Shown: positions 50,983 to 60,529 of the stretch, piece by piece
Layout: each line of letters starts with the position of its first letter
Position numbering within the stretch: the first letter of the stretch is position 1
Origin: Acidobacteriota bacterium
GTDB taxonomy: Bacteria > Acidobacteriota > UBA6911
Assembly (NCBI GenBank): GCA_963664705.1
Contig: OY761556.1
Span: 5,280,001-5,344,000, forward strand
DNA length: 64,000 nt
Direction of reading: 5' to 3'
Position numbers and translations under genes: made by a program
Notes under the pieces: generated by a model
What the model saw: the letters and a program-made list of their open reading frames with translations, nothing else
The model's database searches: none
What the model was told of the DNA's origin: nothing

Positions 50983-52239
50983 GTGAAAACGGAACAACGA
51001 ACCCCGCAGACATTTAAGAAGATCAACGCGTCAAAGCAGATGAAAGACATCATGGAAGCCCATTTCCGTGAGTTGGATGCCGCTGCCAAGACCATAAGCC
51101 ACAAAATCGCGTGGTGCACCAGCGTGGGTCCCGCTGAGCTGCTTAAAGCATTGGGCTTCCAGGTCTATTTTCCGGAAAACCACGGCGCCATGCTTGGGGC
51201 TACCCGGATGGCGACGGATCTTATCCCGGTTGCCAACGCTATTGGCTATTCTCCGGACATCTGTTCCTATCTGACTAGCGATGTCGGGGCGTACTTGAAG
51301 GGTGTGAGCCCGATAAGCACCGCCTATCCTGGGACCAGCGGACCGCCGAGGCCGGATGTTCTCGTATACAATACCAATCAGTGCCGTGACGTCCATGACT
51401 GGTTCAATTTCTATGGAAGAGAATTCAATGTCCCGGTCATTGGGGTAGTAACGCATCGCGGCGTGGGCGATATTACCAAGGGCCATGTTGATTCGATTGC
51501 CAGCCAGATTAAGGCGCTTATTCCGACACTCGAAGAAGTTGCCGGCAAGAAACTTGATATGGACGAGTTCAAGCGCGTGGTCGGATTGTCCCGTCAATGC
51601 ACAGACCTCTGGAAGGAAGTCCTGCAGATTGCGTCGAATGTCCCCTCCCCGCTGACGTTTTTCGATGGCACTATCCAGATGGGTCCGGCTGTCATTCTCC
51701 GCGGCGAACAGCGCGCGGTTGATTACTACAAAGTATTGCTTGCGGAGTTGAAGAAGCGGGTTCAGGACGGAGTCGCTGCCATTGATGGCGAAAAATTCCG
51801 CATCTATTGGGAAGGCATGCCAGTTTGGGGTAAATTGCGCGAGTTGTCGACACAGTTTGCCGACCTGAATGCCTGCGTACTGGCGTCCACCTATTGCAGC
51901 AGCTGGGTATTCCCTGCCCTGGATCCCGATGATCCGTTCGACAGTATGGCGCGTGCTTACATCGAGCTGTTCATTGTCCGCGATGAAAATTACAAAGAGC
52001 GCTATTTCGAGAAGCAGATCGAGCTCTACAAGATCGATGGCATGATTTTCCACGATGCGAAGACCTGTCCGAACAATTCCAATAACCGGTATGGATTGCC
52101 GGAACGGCTGACCAAGAAATACAACATGCCGACGCTTACCATTCATGGAGATCTGAATGATCTGCGGTGCTATTCGGAAGAGCAGGCGCGCACCAATATC
52201 GAGGCGTACATCGAGCAATTAGCGGAGAGAAAGGGCTAG
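50983..52239 (+). CDS. 2-hydroxyacyl-CoA dehydratase subunit (HgdA/B, FldB/C family)
   Basis: PAELL, FPENH, DICSY, TNQC, RIYWEG, YKIDGMIFH..KTC, TNIEAYIE; next to the activase gene. Confidence 0.9.
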   Translation: MKTEQRTPQTFKKINASKQMKDIMEAHFRELDAAAKTISHKIAWCTSVGPAELLKALGFQVYFPENHGAMLGATRMATDLIPVANAIGYSPDICSYLTSDVGAYLKGVSPISTAYPGTSGPPRPDVLVYNTNQCRDVHDWFNFYGREFNVPVIGVVTHRGVGDITKGHVDSIASQIKALIPTLEEVAGKKLDMDEFKRVVGLSRQCTDLWKEVLQIASNVPSPLTFFDGTIQMGPAVILRGEQRAVDYYKVLLAELKKRVQDGVAAIDGEKFRIYWEGMPVWGKLRELSTQFADLNACVLASTYCSSWVFPALDPDDPFDSMARAYIELFIVRDENYKERYFEKQIELYKIDGMIFHDAKTCPNNSNNRYGLPERLTKKYNMPTLTIHGDLNDLRCYSEEQARTNIEAYIEQLAERKG

Positions 52240-53012
52240 TGAGCGAAAGTCCAGTTTTTGGCGGAATAGATATCGGGGCATCGGCGACCAAATCAGCGAT
52301 TGTCGATGCCCAGCGCAAACTCCTTGCAACCGATGTGCGGAAGACGGGCGTGAGCTTTGAAGCCAGCGCCCACGAATCCATGGAAGCCGCATTAGCCTCG
52401 TGCGGATTGACGTATCAGGATTTTAAATCTGTTTTCTCAACAGGATACGGTCGGCACAACGTCGATTTTGCCAAGGACACCCGTACGGAAATTGCCTGCC
52501 ATGCGCGGGCAGCCTACCATCATTTTCCCCGTCGCATCACTGTCGTGGATGTTGGCGGACAGGACAACAAAATTATCCACATCGATCCCAATGGGCGGCG
52601 GGACAATTTTAAGATGAATCGCAAATGTGCCGCAGGCACAGGCGCTTTCCTTGAAGAAGTGGCACAGCGCATCGATCTGCCGATGGATGAGCTGGATTCT
52701 GTCGCAAGACAGGCTTCCCATATCGTTCATATGGGAAGCTATTGCACAGTCTTTACCAAGACGGAGATCCTTGCTCATTTACGGGCGGGCGAAAAGGTTC
52801 CGGAAATTGTAGCGGGGCTTATCGAATCCGTCGTCAAGCGCATCGTTGAGATGGATCCGCTTACGGGAGAGGTTGTGGTCAGCGGCGGCGTTGTGGCTCA
52901 CAACCCGATTCTTGCCGAAATGCTGGCAAAGCATATTGGGCATCCGGTGAGTATCCTTCCGAATGCACAGGTTGCCGGCGCCTTTGGAGCGGCCCTGTTC
53001 GCCATGGACTGA
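52239..53012 (+). CDS. 2-hydroxyacyl-CoA dehydratase activator (HgdC/HadI-type [4Fe-4S] ATPase)
   Basis: GIDIGASATK, TGYGR, EIACH, DVGGQDNK, MNRKCAAGTG, CTVF, GAFGAA. Confidence 0.93.
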   Translation: MSESPVFGGIDIGASATKSAIVDAQRKLLATDVRKTGVSFEASAHESMEAALASCGLTYQDFKSVFSTGYGRHNVDFAKDTRTEIACHARAAYHHFPRRITVVDVGGQDNKIIHIDPNGRRDNFKMNRKCAAGTGAFLEEVAQRIDLPMDELDSVARQASHIVHMGSYCTVFTKTEILAHLRAGEKVPEIVAGLIESVVKRIVEMDPLTGEVVVSGGVVAHNPILAEMLAKHIGHPVSILPNAQVAGAFGAALFAMD

Positions 53013-53021
53013 AAAAACAGC

Positions 53022-53064
53022 GAAAAACGGGGTCTAACCCCGTTTTTCTGTTTTTTCGCTTTTT
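53022..53064. terminator. Bidirectional terminator-like hairpin
   Basis: gaaaaacgggg-tctaa-ccccgtttttc flanked by A and T tracts between convergent genes. Confidence 0.7.
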
Positions 53065-54144
53065 TTAGCCGAGGAGCGGAAGGTCGAACTTGGCTGCGTA
53101 GTCGTCGAACATTTTCCAGGTTGCCTCATCCAGCATGATTCCCTTTGCCAGGGATTCCTCGCGCTTCTCCGCTTCCTTTTCTCCGTGGATGTAGATGCGG
53201 TCATATCCGGCGGCTTTATTGCTGTGGCGCACCTGCTGCAGAATCGATTCGACATGCGACTCAATTTCAGCCTGGTTGCCGAACAGGTCTACTCGAACCG
53301 CCCCAAAGAACTGACAGATACCGCCGCCTTCCCGGTTAAAGGTTTCACGACTCCAGGTACCCATCGACATGCCCGCACACAGGAGATCGACGAAAAGTCC
53401 AAGTCCATAGCCCTTGTGGCCACCCAGTTCTTCCCCGGCCCCACCGAGAAAAAGGTGGCCCCCTTCTGCCGAATCGCCGCGAAATACCCTCTGAAAGTGC
53501 TCCGTATCGGTTGTGTCCGCACCGGTTTCATCGACGACCCATCCCACGGGTAAGCGTTTATCGCGCCGCTCGTACACCTCGATTTTTCCATGCGCAACCG
53601 TGGTGGTCGCCATATCCAACAGAAAAGGGGTCTTTCCCGAGGATGGGATGGCAAAACAAACCGGATTTGTACCGAGAATCCGTTCCCGCCCAAAGGTAGG
53701 AATGGCACAAATGCGTGTGTTGCAGAATGCCATCCCGATACATCCCTCAGCCGCAGCCATTTCTGCCCAGAGCCCTGCCATTCCAAAATGATTGGAGTTG
53801 CGGACCGCGGCAAACCCGGCGCCGATGTTTTTTGCCTTCTCCAGAATTCGAGCCATGACAAATTTTGAAATGCAGGGCCCGATCCCATGGTGACCATCGA
53901 TGGCCAGAGATAAGGGAGTTTCGTGAATAATTTCGATGGAGGCTGCAGGAAAGGTGAAGTGATCGCGAATGTTGGATTCGTAGAAAAGAAGTCGCGCGAC
54001 TCCGTGGGAGGCGACGCCCCGGGCGTCGGCCTCCACTAGAATTCCGGCGGTTGCTTGCGCCTGCTCCTGAGAGTAGCTCAGCTTCTGAAGAACTTTGACG
54101 GTGTAGTTAAAAAGCACGTCGTAGGGTACAAAGCCTCTTTTCAT
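53065..54144 (-). CDS. Ldh_2-family (type 2 malate/L-lactate dehydrogenase) oxidoreductase
   Basis: ADARGVASHG, VRNSNHFG, GTNP, LDMATT, GGHKGYGL, IYIHGEKE. Confidence 0.93.
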   Translation of the reverse strand: MKRGFVPYDVLFNYTVKVLQKLSYSQEQAQATAGILVEADARGVASHGVARLLFYESNIRDHFTFPAASIEIIHETPLSLAIDGHHGIGPCISKFVMARILEKAKNIGAGFAAVRNSNHFGMAGLWAEMAAAEGCIGMAFCNTRICAIPTFGRERILGTNPVCFAIPSSGKTPFLLDMATTTVAHGKIEVYERRDKRLPVGWVVDETGADTTDTEHFQRVFRGDSAEGGHLFLGGAGEELGGHKGYGLGLFVDLLCAGMSMGTWSRETFNREGGGICQFFGAVRVDLFGNQAEIESHVESILQQVRHSNKAAGYDRIYIHGEKEAEKREESLAKGIMLDEATWKMFDDYAAKFDLPLLG

Positions 54145-54161
54145 GCTTTCCTTTCGGGGTT

Positions 54162-55448
54162 TCAGCGCTTACCGAGTTTCGGAAGGGCGCTGGACCCCTG
54201 TGGCATCAGATAGATTTTCTGATCTCGTCCCCCTTTGTTGAAGGCCATCTCAAGGGCTTCTTCAACAGTTGTTGCCGTTTTGAAAGCTGTTTTTGCGAGA
54301 AGCGCCGGATCGCCTTTTCCCACAATGATGATGTTCCACTTTTCCGCAGCGGTACACATGTAATAGCTGACGAATTTGGGAACCGTGAAAAGGTTGCGAA
54401 CTTCCTTCTCCCTTTCGGCATTTGTCGAACAGCTCAGGAAAATGGAATTTGCATCCGGGGGACCAAGGCCTTCGCTGCAATCGCTCAGGATAATCATGGT
54501 GCCTCCGGGTTTTGTGGCTTCCTGCGTATGGTAGATAGCCTTCCCGGTCTGACAAACATCGATGTCTTTCGGATAACCGCCCTGGGAGGAAATCGTTATG
54601 TCGGCCAATTGATCGATCGGTACTGCGTAAAGATCGTCTACTATTCTGCACCCGGCTTCATGGGCCGCAACCAGATCCCCGGCCACCGCGCGGGCGATCT
54701 TGCCGTCATACCCCATGATAACATTCAAGATAAAGGCCGGATTTACTTTGAGCCCGAATTCCAGCATATCCTGGTGGATCGGGTTGTCCTTGATATTTCC
54801 GCTTCTGACGGCATGGTGCTGCTTGCCGGTTTCGTCCATGGTCAAAGGATGGTTTCGCTGTATGGATTCGAAGGCTGCAATGCCGGGCAGGAGAGACTTC
54901 TTCCCGCCTCCCCACCCAACCCAGGGGTGATAGGTGCAGCATCCGGTCAAAATGAGTCGATCGGCGGTAGCCGCTGCTTTGTTAATCGTGATCGGCGTGC
55001 CCCGGCTGGTGACTCCAAGGTTGACCATGCTTTGCTTATCGAGGCAATCGTGATCAATCATCTTAAACCGCCGGAACAAATCCGGCCCCATCATTTTTTC
55101 GTGCTCTTCCGGTGTATGAGCACGATGATAGCCAATGGCACTCAGAAACCGTATGTCCGCGTCCTTGATGCCTGCGTCATTCAATTCCTTCACAATAAAG
55201 GGGAGAAAAACCCACATCCGCTGCCAGGCACGAGTGATGTCGGAAACGACGATACATACGGTCTCGCCAGGCTTTACGATATCTCTCAGCCGAGGCGTTC
55301 CGATTGGATTTGCCAGCGCTTCCCGGATGACCTCCTCTTCGGGTGCCGATGGAGGGACATCCTTGGAGATAATTCCCAGCAGGTTTTCTTCCGGAACGGA
55401 AACATCCACATAGCCCGTTCCAAGCTTCATCTTTATTGTCTTATTCAT
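54162..55448 (-). CDS. LarA-family nickel-pincer racemase/epimerase (second paralogue)
   Basis: ALANPIG, SDITRAWQ, AIGYHR, HD, YHPWVGWGGGKK, RNH, GGYPKD..CQTGK. Confidence 0.88.
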   Translation of the reverse strand: MNKTIKMKLGTGYVDVSVPEENLLGIISKDVPPSAPEEEVIREALANPIGTPRLRDIVKPGETVCIVVSDITRAWQRMWVFLPFIVKELNDAGIKDADIRFLSAIGYHRAHTPEEHEKMMGPDLFRRFKMIDHDCLDKQSMVNLGVTSRGTPITINKAAATADRLILTGCCTYHPWVGWGGGKKSLLPGIAAFESIQRNHPLTMDETGKQHHAVRSGNIKDNPIHQDMLEFGLKVNPAFILNVIMGYDGKIARAVAGDLVAAHEAGCRIVDDLYAVPIDQLADITISSQGGYPKDIDVCQTGKAIYHTQEATKPGGTMIILSDCSEGLGPPDANSIFLSCSTNAEREKEVRNLFTVPKFVSYYMCTAAEKWNIIIVGKGDPALLAKTAFKTATTVEEALEMAFNKGGRDQKIYLMPQGSSALPKLGKR

Positions 55449-55708
55449 CGGTGACTCCTGAGCCTGCGTTCGGACGAACGATAGACATAAGCATGCCACT
55501 AAAATGCTGGTATCGCTATCCGATTCTACAATGGAATACGCGCAGCTAAAATAGACTTTCCATTTCGTACAGGATTATGTCTTGAACTGCGGCGCCAGCG
55601 TTGCGGGAGAGCCGGTTCCGATACATTCCGGCGGCTCCATGGATGTGATATAGTGACGACTCAATGAAATGAATCTACAGATTTGCAGCTGAATTAAAGG
55701 AGAACATC

Positions 55709-57766
55709 ATGCTTGATTCCCTCTTTCGCCCCCGTGGCGTTGCCGTGATCGGGGCTTCCAATAATACTTTTTCTATCGGCAATCGTGTCGTAAAAAACCT
55801 CATCACTCATAACTTCAAAGGCGGCATTTATCCTGTTCATCCCAAAGAGGTTGAGATTCTTGGTCTGAAAGCCTATCCCAGCATTCTGGACGTGCCGGGG
55901 CCCGTGGACATCGCATCGATCGTTGTCAAAAACACCATGGTTCCGCAGGTTGTGGAAGATTGCGGGAAAAAGGGAGTCAAATTCGTCATCATCCATACCG
56001 CGGGATTTAGCGAAATGGGGGCCGATGGTTCGAAGTTGCAGGATGCCCTGCTTGCCGCCGCTGCCAAATATGGTGTGCGCGTCTATGGACCGAATTCTCA
56101 GGGAATCATGAATTCTGATCCGGATGTTTCCGTATATGCAAATTTTACGTTTACTCCAATGCGTCCCGGCAAGGCTTCGATTCTGGCTCAAAGCGGCGGT
56201 GTCGCCGAGATGCTGAATCTGAACCTTCGCGAAATGGGCTCCGGCTTCCGGATGTATGCTTCGCACGGCAACGCTACCGATGTCAGCACCAATGAATTGT
56301 TGGAATATCTCGGCAATGACCCGGAAACGCGCACAATCGTCATGCATATCGAGAGCATGAAGGACACGCCGCGCTTTATAGAGCTTTGCCGCGAGATTGC
56401 CCAGAAAAAAGCCCTGCTCGCAATCCGCACCGGGCGCACAGCCGTTGCGGCCAAAGCTGTCAGTTCGCACACCGGATCGCTGATGCAGCAGGATTCGCTC
56501 ACCGATGCGGTATTCGAACATGCCGGTGTTATGCGCTTTGACTCTACCGAGGAAATGATATCCGCCGCCTATGGCTTTGCCACCCAGCCTGTGCCCAAGG
56601 GGCCAAGAGTGGCGATAGTGGCGAACGCGGGCGGTCCGGCGATCATGGCGATTGACGAATGCGTGGCCAACGGCTTGCAGCTCGCTAAGCTGACCGATGA
56701 AACCAAGAAGAAATTGCGCGCGGGATTAATCCCTGAAGCCAGTATCGAAAATCCGGTAGACATCGCAGCCACCGCCAACGCGGACCACTTCGGACTTACC
56801 CTCAAAGCCCTGGATGAAGATCCGGGTGTGGATTGCATCCTGATAACAATGGTCACGCCTTTCTTTGTCGACTGCGACGCCATCGCGGCACGCATTGCCG
56901 AAACGGCCAAAACCCTGACCAAGCCGATTGTCGATGTGATTATGACCAATGAAAATTGGGCGGGCGTTGTCAAAACGATCAAGGATTCCGGCATCCCTGT
57001 ATTCGATTTCCCGGAAACCGGTTCACGGGTATTGGCATCCATGGTTCGCTATAGCAATATGCAAAAACAGCTTTCGGAAAAGCCAGCGGTCGCTTCCGGC
57101 AACAAAGCGAAAGCGCGGGAAATTTTGGCCAATGCGGCCGATGGATTCATCTCGCAGGCTGAAGCCTTTGAAATTCTCAAGGCCTACGGCATTCCTGCAC
57201 CTGCGACATCGCAAATCATTGGTGGCAAGATTCCTGCCGGTGTTCAGTTCCCTGCTGTTCTGAAGGTTGACAGCGATAAGGTCGTTCACAAAAGTGATGC
57301 CGGCGGAGTCATGCTGAACATAAAAGATGAAAAAGCGCTCAAGGAAGCCGTTGCCCAGATGGACAGCCGGTTTCCGGGTGCCAATCTCATCGTTCAGGAG
57401 CAATGCGCGCCCGGGACAGAACTTATCATAGGCCTTAAGCGCGAAGCCGGAGTCGGCCCGGTCCTGATGTTCGGTCTGGGCGGAATTTATGTCGAAGTAC
57501 TGAAGGATGTCGCTTTCAGACTTGCTCCCGTCTCCGAAGCAGGCGCGGCACGGATGGTTCGTGAAATCCGGTCCTTCCAGCTGCTTACCGGTGTTCGTGA
57601 TACCCCTGCGGCCGATGTGGCGGCCATCGAGCGTCTGCTTATCGCGGTTTCGCAGATGGCAATGGATCTACCCGAGATTGCCGAAATGGATCTGAACCCG
57701 GTTTTTGTTTATCCGCAAGGACAGGGCGTCAAAGCCGTTGACGTCCGAATCAAAAAACAGGCGTAG
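55709..57766 (+). CDS. ADP-forming acetate/acyl-CoA synthetase (fused alpha-beta)
   Basis: LFRPRGVAVIGAS, GPNSQG, QSG, SHTGSL phospho-His, NAGG, NPVD, HKSDAGGV, MFGLGG, EMDLNP; no GNAT domain. Confidence 0.92.
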   Translation: MLDSLFRPRGVAVIGASNNTFSIGNRVVKNLITHNFKGGIYPVHPKEVEILGLKAYPSILDVPGPVDIASIVVKNTMVPQVVEDCGKKGVKFVIIHTAGFSEMGADGSKLQDALLAAAAKYGVRVYGPNSQGIMNSDPDVSVYANFTFTPMRPGKASILAQSGGVAEMLNLNLREMGSGFRMYASHGNATDVSTNELLEYLGNDPETRTIVMHIESMKDTPRFIELCREIAQKKALLAIRTGRTAVAAKAVSSHTGSLMQQDSLTDAVFEHAGVMRFDSTEEMISAAYGFATQPVPKGPRVAIVANAGGPAIMAIDECVANGLQLAKLTDETKKKLRAGLIPEASIENPVDIAATANADHFGLTLKALDEDPGVDCILITMVTPFFVDCDAIAARIAETAKTLTKPIVDVIMTNENWAGVVKTIKDSGIPVFDFPETGSRVLASMVRYSNMQKQLSEKPAVASGNKAKAREILANAADGFISQAEAFEILKAYGIPAPATSQIIGGKIPAGVQFPAVLKVDSDKVVHKSDAGGVMLNIKDEKALKEAVAQMDSRFPGANLIVQEQCAPGTELIIGLKREAGVGPVLMFGLGGIYVEVLKDVAFRLAPVSEAGAARMVREIRSFQLLTGVRDTPAADVAAIERLLIAVSQMAMDLPEIAEMDLNPVFVYPQGQGVKAVDVRIKKQA

Positions 57767-57791
57767 CCTTAAAATAGCCTGCGATTATAAG

Positions 57792-57830
57792 AGCCGGAGG
57801 GCACGAATTCCGTGTTCTCCGGCTTTTTTT
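57792..57830 (+). terminator. Rho-independent terminator
   Basis: agccggagggcacg-aattc-cgtgttctccggct followed by a T run. Confidence 0.8.
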
Positions 57831-57898
57831 ATATTCTCAGCCTTTTCCGAACTTTTTTCGCATGATTCCCGTATTGAAAGATCATTGAGGGAGGAGTC

Positions 57899-59140
57899 AT
57901 GGCCAAAAAGCGAGTTTTTACGATATCATTCCTTTCCATCATCGGTCTTCTGCTCATACTTGGCGGCTACTGGGTTTTTGGCGCCCTGTTCTCGGTAGAT
58001 AAAACCATCCCGGCCGAAAAACTGGCCAAGGTTGATAGCGGCTCGATTGCAAAGTCCGTTGTTGCCACCGGCAAGGTGGAACCCTTGTCCAAAGTTGAAA
58101 TCAAGTCGAAGGCCAGCGGACTTATAAAATATCTCTACGTCAACGCTGGGGATCGGGTCCGGGAAGGTCAGCTTCTGGTCGAGCTCGACAAGGAGATCCT
58201 TGAAGCTCAGTTGAAGGAAGCCAAAGCTGTTCTGAATTCCGCCGAGAGCAGTCTCAAGGAGATGCAATCTCAGGGGAAAACGCTGAACGCGAATCTGCAC
58301 AAAGCACAGCTTGAAGCCGAGAACCGGGATTATGAATTCTCTGTTGCCGAATACAAACGACAGAAGGAGCTTTTCCAGCAGGGACTCATTTCAAAATCCG
58401 ATTTCGACAGCTTCGAACAAAAAATGCAGTCGGCGGAAGTCGGGAAAAAGGCTTTGCACGCGGCAGTAGGGGTGAAAGAAGCGGAAATCGAGCAGAACGG
58501 TCGTTCCATTGAAAAGGCACGGGCGGCTGTTGTCCAGGGACAGGCGCAATACGAAAGAGCCGAAGAGAATCTCCGGTATGCATCCATCCGTTCTCCCATC
58601 AGCGGAGTGGTCCTGAGTCGTGAGGTTGAAGTCGGCGATGCCGTATCGTCCATCCTTCAACTGGGTTCAAATGCCACATTGATCATGACCCTTGGAGACG
58701 TGAAAGAGCTTTATATCAAAGGAAAGGTGGATGAAACCGATATCGGACTTGTCAAACTCGACCAGCCGGTTCGGGTGACCGTGGATGCCTATAAAAACCG
58801 CAGCTTCCAGGGAAAGGTTTTTAGGATTGCACCCATGGGCGTTGAAAAGGACAACGTTACCCGCTTCGAAGTCCGCGTTTCCATTCTCAATGATCTTGAT
58901 CTTCTGAAGGTCAATATGAGCGCTAATGCCGAGATCATTCTTGAGGAGCATCATAACGTGCTGCTCATCCCGGAAAGCGCCCTGATTTATAACGAAAAGA
59001 AAGAGACGTTTGTGGAGTTGCCGGATGTTTCCACAAAAACAGGGCGTAAACAAAGTCCAGTCAAAATGGGACTGGGCAATGGGGCCCGTGCGGAGGTTCT
59101 CTCCGGCTTGACTCTTGGCCAGCAGGTCGTCCTGCAGTGA
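57899..59140 (+). CDS. MacA-like periplasmic adaptor subunit
   Basis: N-terminal TM, VVATGKVEP, GDRVREGQLL, coiled coil, IRSPISGVV, VDETDIG, GL..G..VVL. Confidence 0.92.
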   Translation: MAKKRVFTISFLSIIGLLLILGGYWVFGALFSVDKTIPAEKLAKVDSGSIAKSVVATGKVEPLSKVEIKSKASGLIKYLYVNAGDRVREGQLLVELDKEILEAQLKEAKAVLNSAESSLKEMQSQGKTLNANLHKAQLEAENRDYEFSVAEYKRQKELFQQGLISKSDFDSFEQKMQSAEVGKKALHAAVGVKEAEIEQNGRSIEKARAAVVQGQAQYERAEENLRYASIRSPISGVVLSREVEVGDAVSSILQLGSNATLIMTLGDVKELYIKGKVDETDIGLVKLDQPVRVTVDAYKNRSFQGKVFRIAPMGVEKDNVTRFEVRVSILNDLDLLKVNMSANAEIILEEHHNVLLIPESALIYNEKKETFVELPDVSTKTGRKQSPVKMGLGNGARAEVLSGLTLGQQVVLQ

Positions 59141-59216
59141 CGCCGCAGGTATTGCCAATGAAAAGCCCGGTTGAGATTTTCAAAACGTCTGTTTCCCAGG
59201 AAAATTGTAAATCGTC

Positions 59217-60461
59217 ATGACGCTGCTGATTCAGACTTTCATGAACCTGAAGGCAAACAAAACACGGTCATTTCTGACTATGTTCGGTATTGCCTGGGGC
59301 CTGATCTGCTTGATTCTCATGACCTCCATGGGCGAGGGGATGTGGATTGCACAAAAGCAGAAAACACGAGCGCTTGGACAGAACATCATCATTTTCTGGG
59401 GTGGGATGACCAGCAAGGGCGTGGCAGGAATTCGGCCTGGAAAGGAAATCCGGCTTACCCTTGACGATTATTTCCTGCTGAAGAACAAAGCCACCTATCT
59501 GCAAAGATTGAGTCCTGAAGTGGAACGCGGTTTGACGGCAACGTCTCTCATCAATAACGGGACATTCCGAACGCACGGCGTATTCCCTGACTATATGCAG
59601 ATGCGAACCATTGACCTGGCGCCCGGTGGGCGGCATATCAATGATGGGGACAATCGGAACGCCCTGCGCGTCTGTATTATCGGAGACGAAGTAAAATCCC
59701 AGCTCTTTAACCGGGAGCGAGCGCTCGGACAAACCATCATGATCGGGGGCTTTCCCTACCTCATCATCGGCGAATTACTGCACAAGGATCAGAACTCGAA
59801 TTACAGCGGTCCGGATAAGACGAAGATTTTTATCCCATTTTATTCGATGATCCGGGATTTCCCTTTGCCCAAGGCGGTGGATGGAAAGGAGCAGCTTTCC
59901 GATTTGATCCTTCAGCCGCGCAGCGAGGAAATGGGCGAGGTAGCGGAAATACAGGTGAGGAAGATACTTGGCGCAGCTAAAGGCTTCGACTCCCTGGACA
60001 GGGATGCGGTGCAAACCTGGAACACGGTTAAGGATGCCAAATTCGTGAAGAGGATATTTGATTCACTCCGGATCTTCCTCGGTGTGGTTGCTATCATCAC
60101 ACTCATTCTCGGTGGCGTGGGGGTGATGAATATCATGCTGCTGGCGGTTGGAGAACGGACACGTGAAATTGGGATTTGCAAAGCGGTTGGAGCCACAACC
60201 CGCAGAATTTTGACCCAATTTTTCCTCGAATCAATGATCCTGACCTTTACGGCCGGCGTGACAGGAATCTTTTTCGGGTGGGGGCTGTGCGCTCTCATCA
60301 ATCTTTTCCCCAAAATTGATTTCTTTGCCGGAATGATTGTAACGCCGGAAGTTGGAATCACAGCTTTTGGCTTCCTTATCCTGGTCGGAGTCTTGTCCAG
60401 CATTTATCCGGCATTTATGGCGGCGGTAGTTGATCCTATCGAGGCACTCAGACATGAATGA
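59217..60461 (+). CDS. MacB/FtsX-family ABC permease
   Basis: RSFLTMFGIAWG, GGVGVMNIML..V.ERTREIG, DPIEALRHE. Confidence 0.93.
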   Translation: MTLLIQTFMNLKANKTRSFLTMFGIAWGLICLILMTSMGEGMWIAQKQKTRALGQNIIIFWGGMTSKGVAGIRPGKEIRLTLDDYFLLKNKATYLQRLSPEVERGLTATSLINNGTFRTHGVFPDYMQMRTIDLAPGGRHINDGDNRNALRVCIIGDEVKSQLFNRERALGQTIMIGGFPYLIIGELLHKDQNSNYSGPDKTKIFIPFYSMIRDFPLPKAVDGKEQLSDLILQPRSEEMGEVAEIQVRKILGAAKGFDSLDRDAVQTWNTVKDAKFVKRIFDSLRIFLGVVAIITLILGGVGVMNIMLLAVGERTREIGICKAVGATTRRILTQFFLESMILTFTAGVTGIFFGWGLCALINLFPKIDFFAGMIVTPEVGITAFGFLILVGVLSSIYPAFMAAVVDPIEALRHE

Positions 60462-60529
60462 TGGACGGTTGATATGCTGCAGCGAAGTCCTTCCGTCGCC
60501 CATCGTCCATCACAAATCGGATTACCGGT

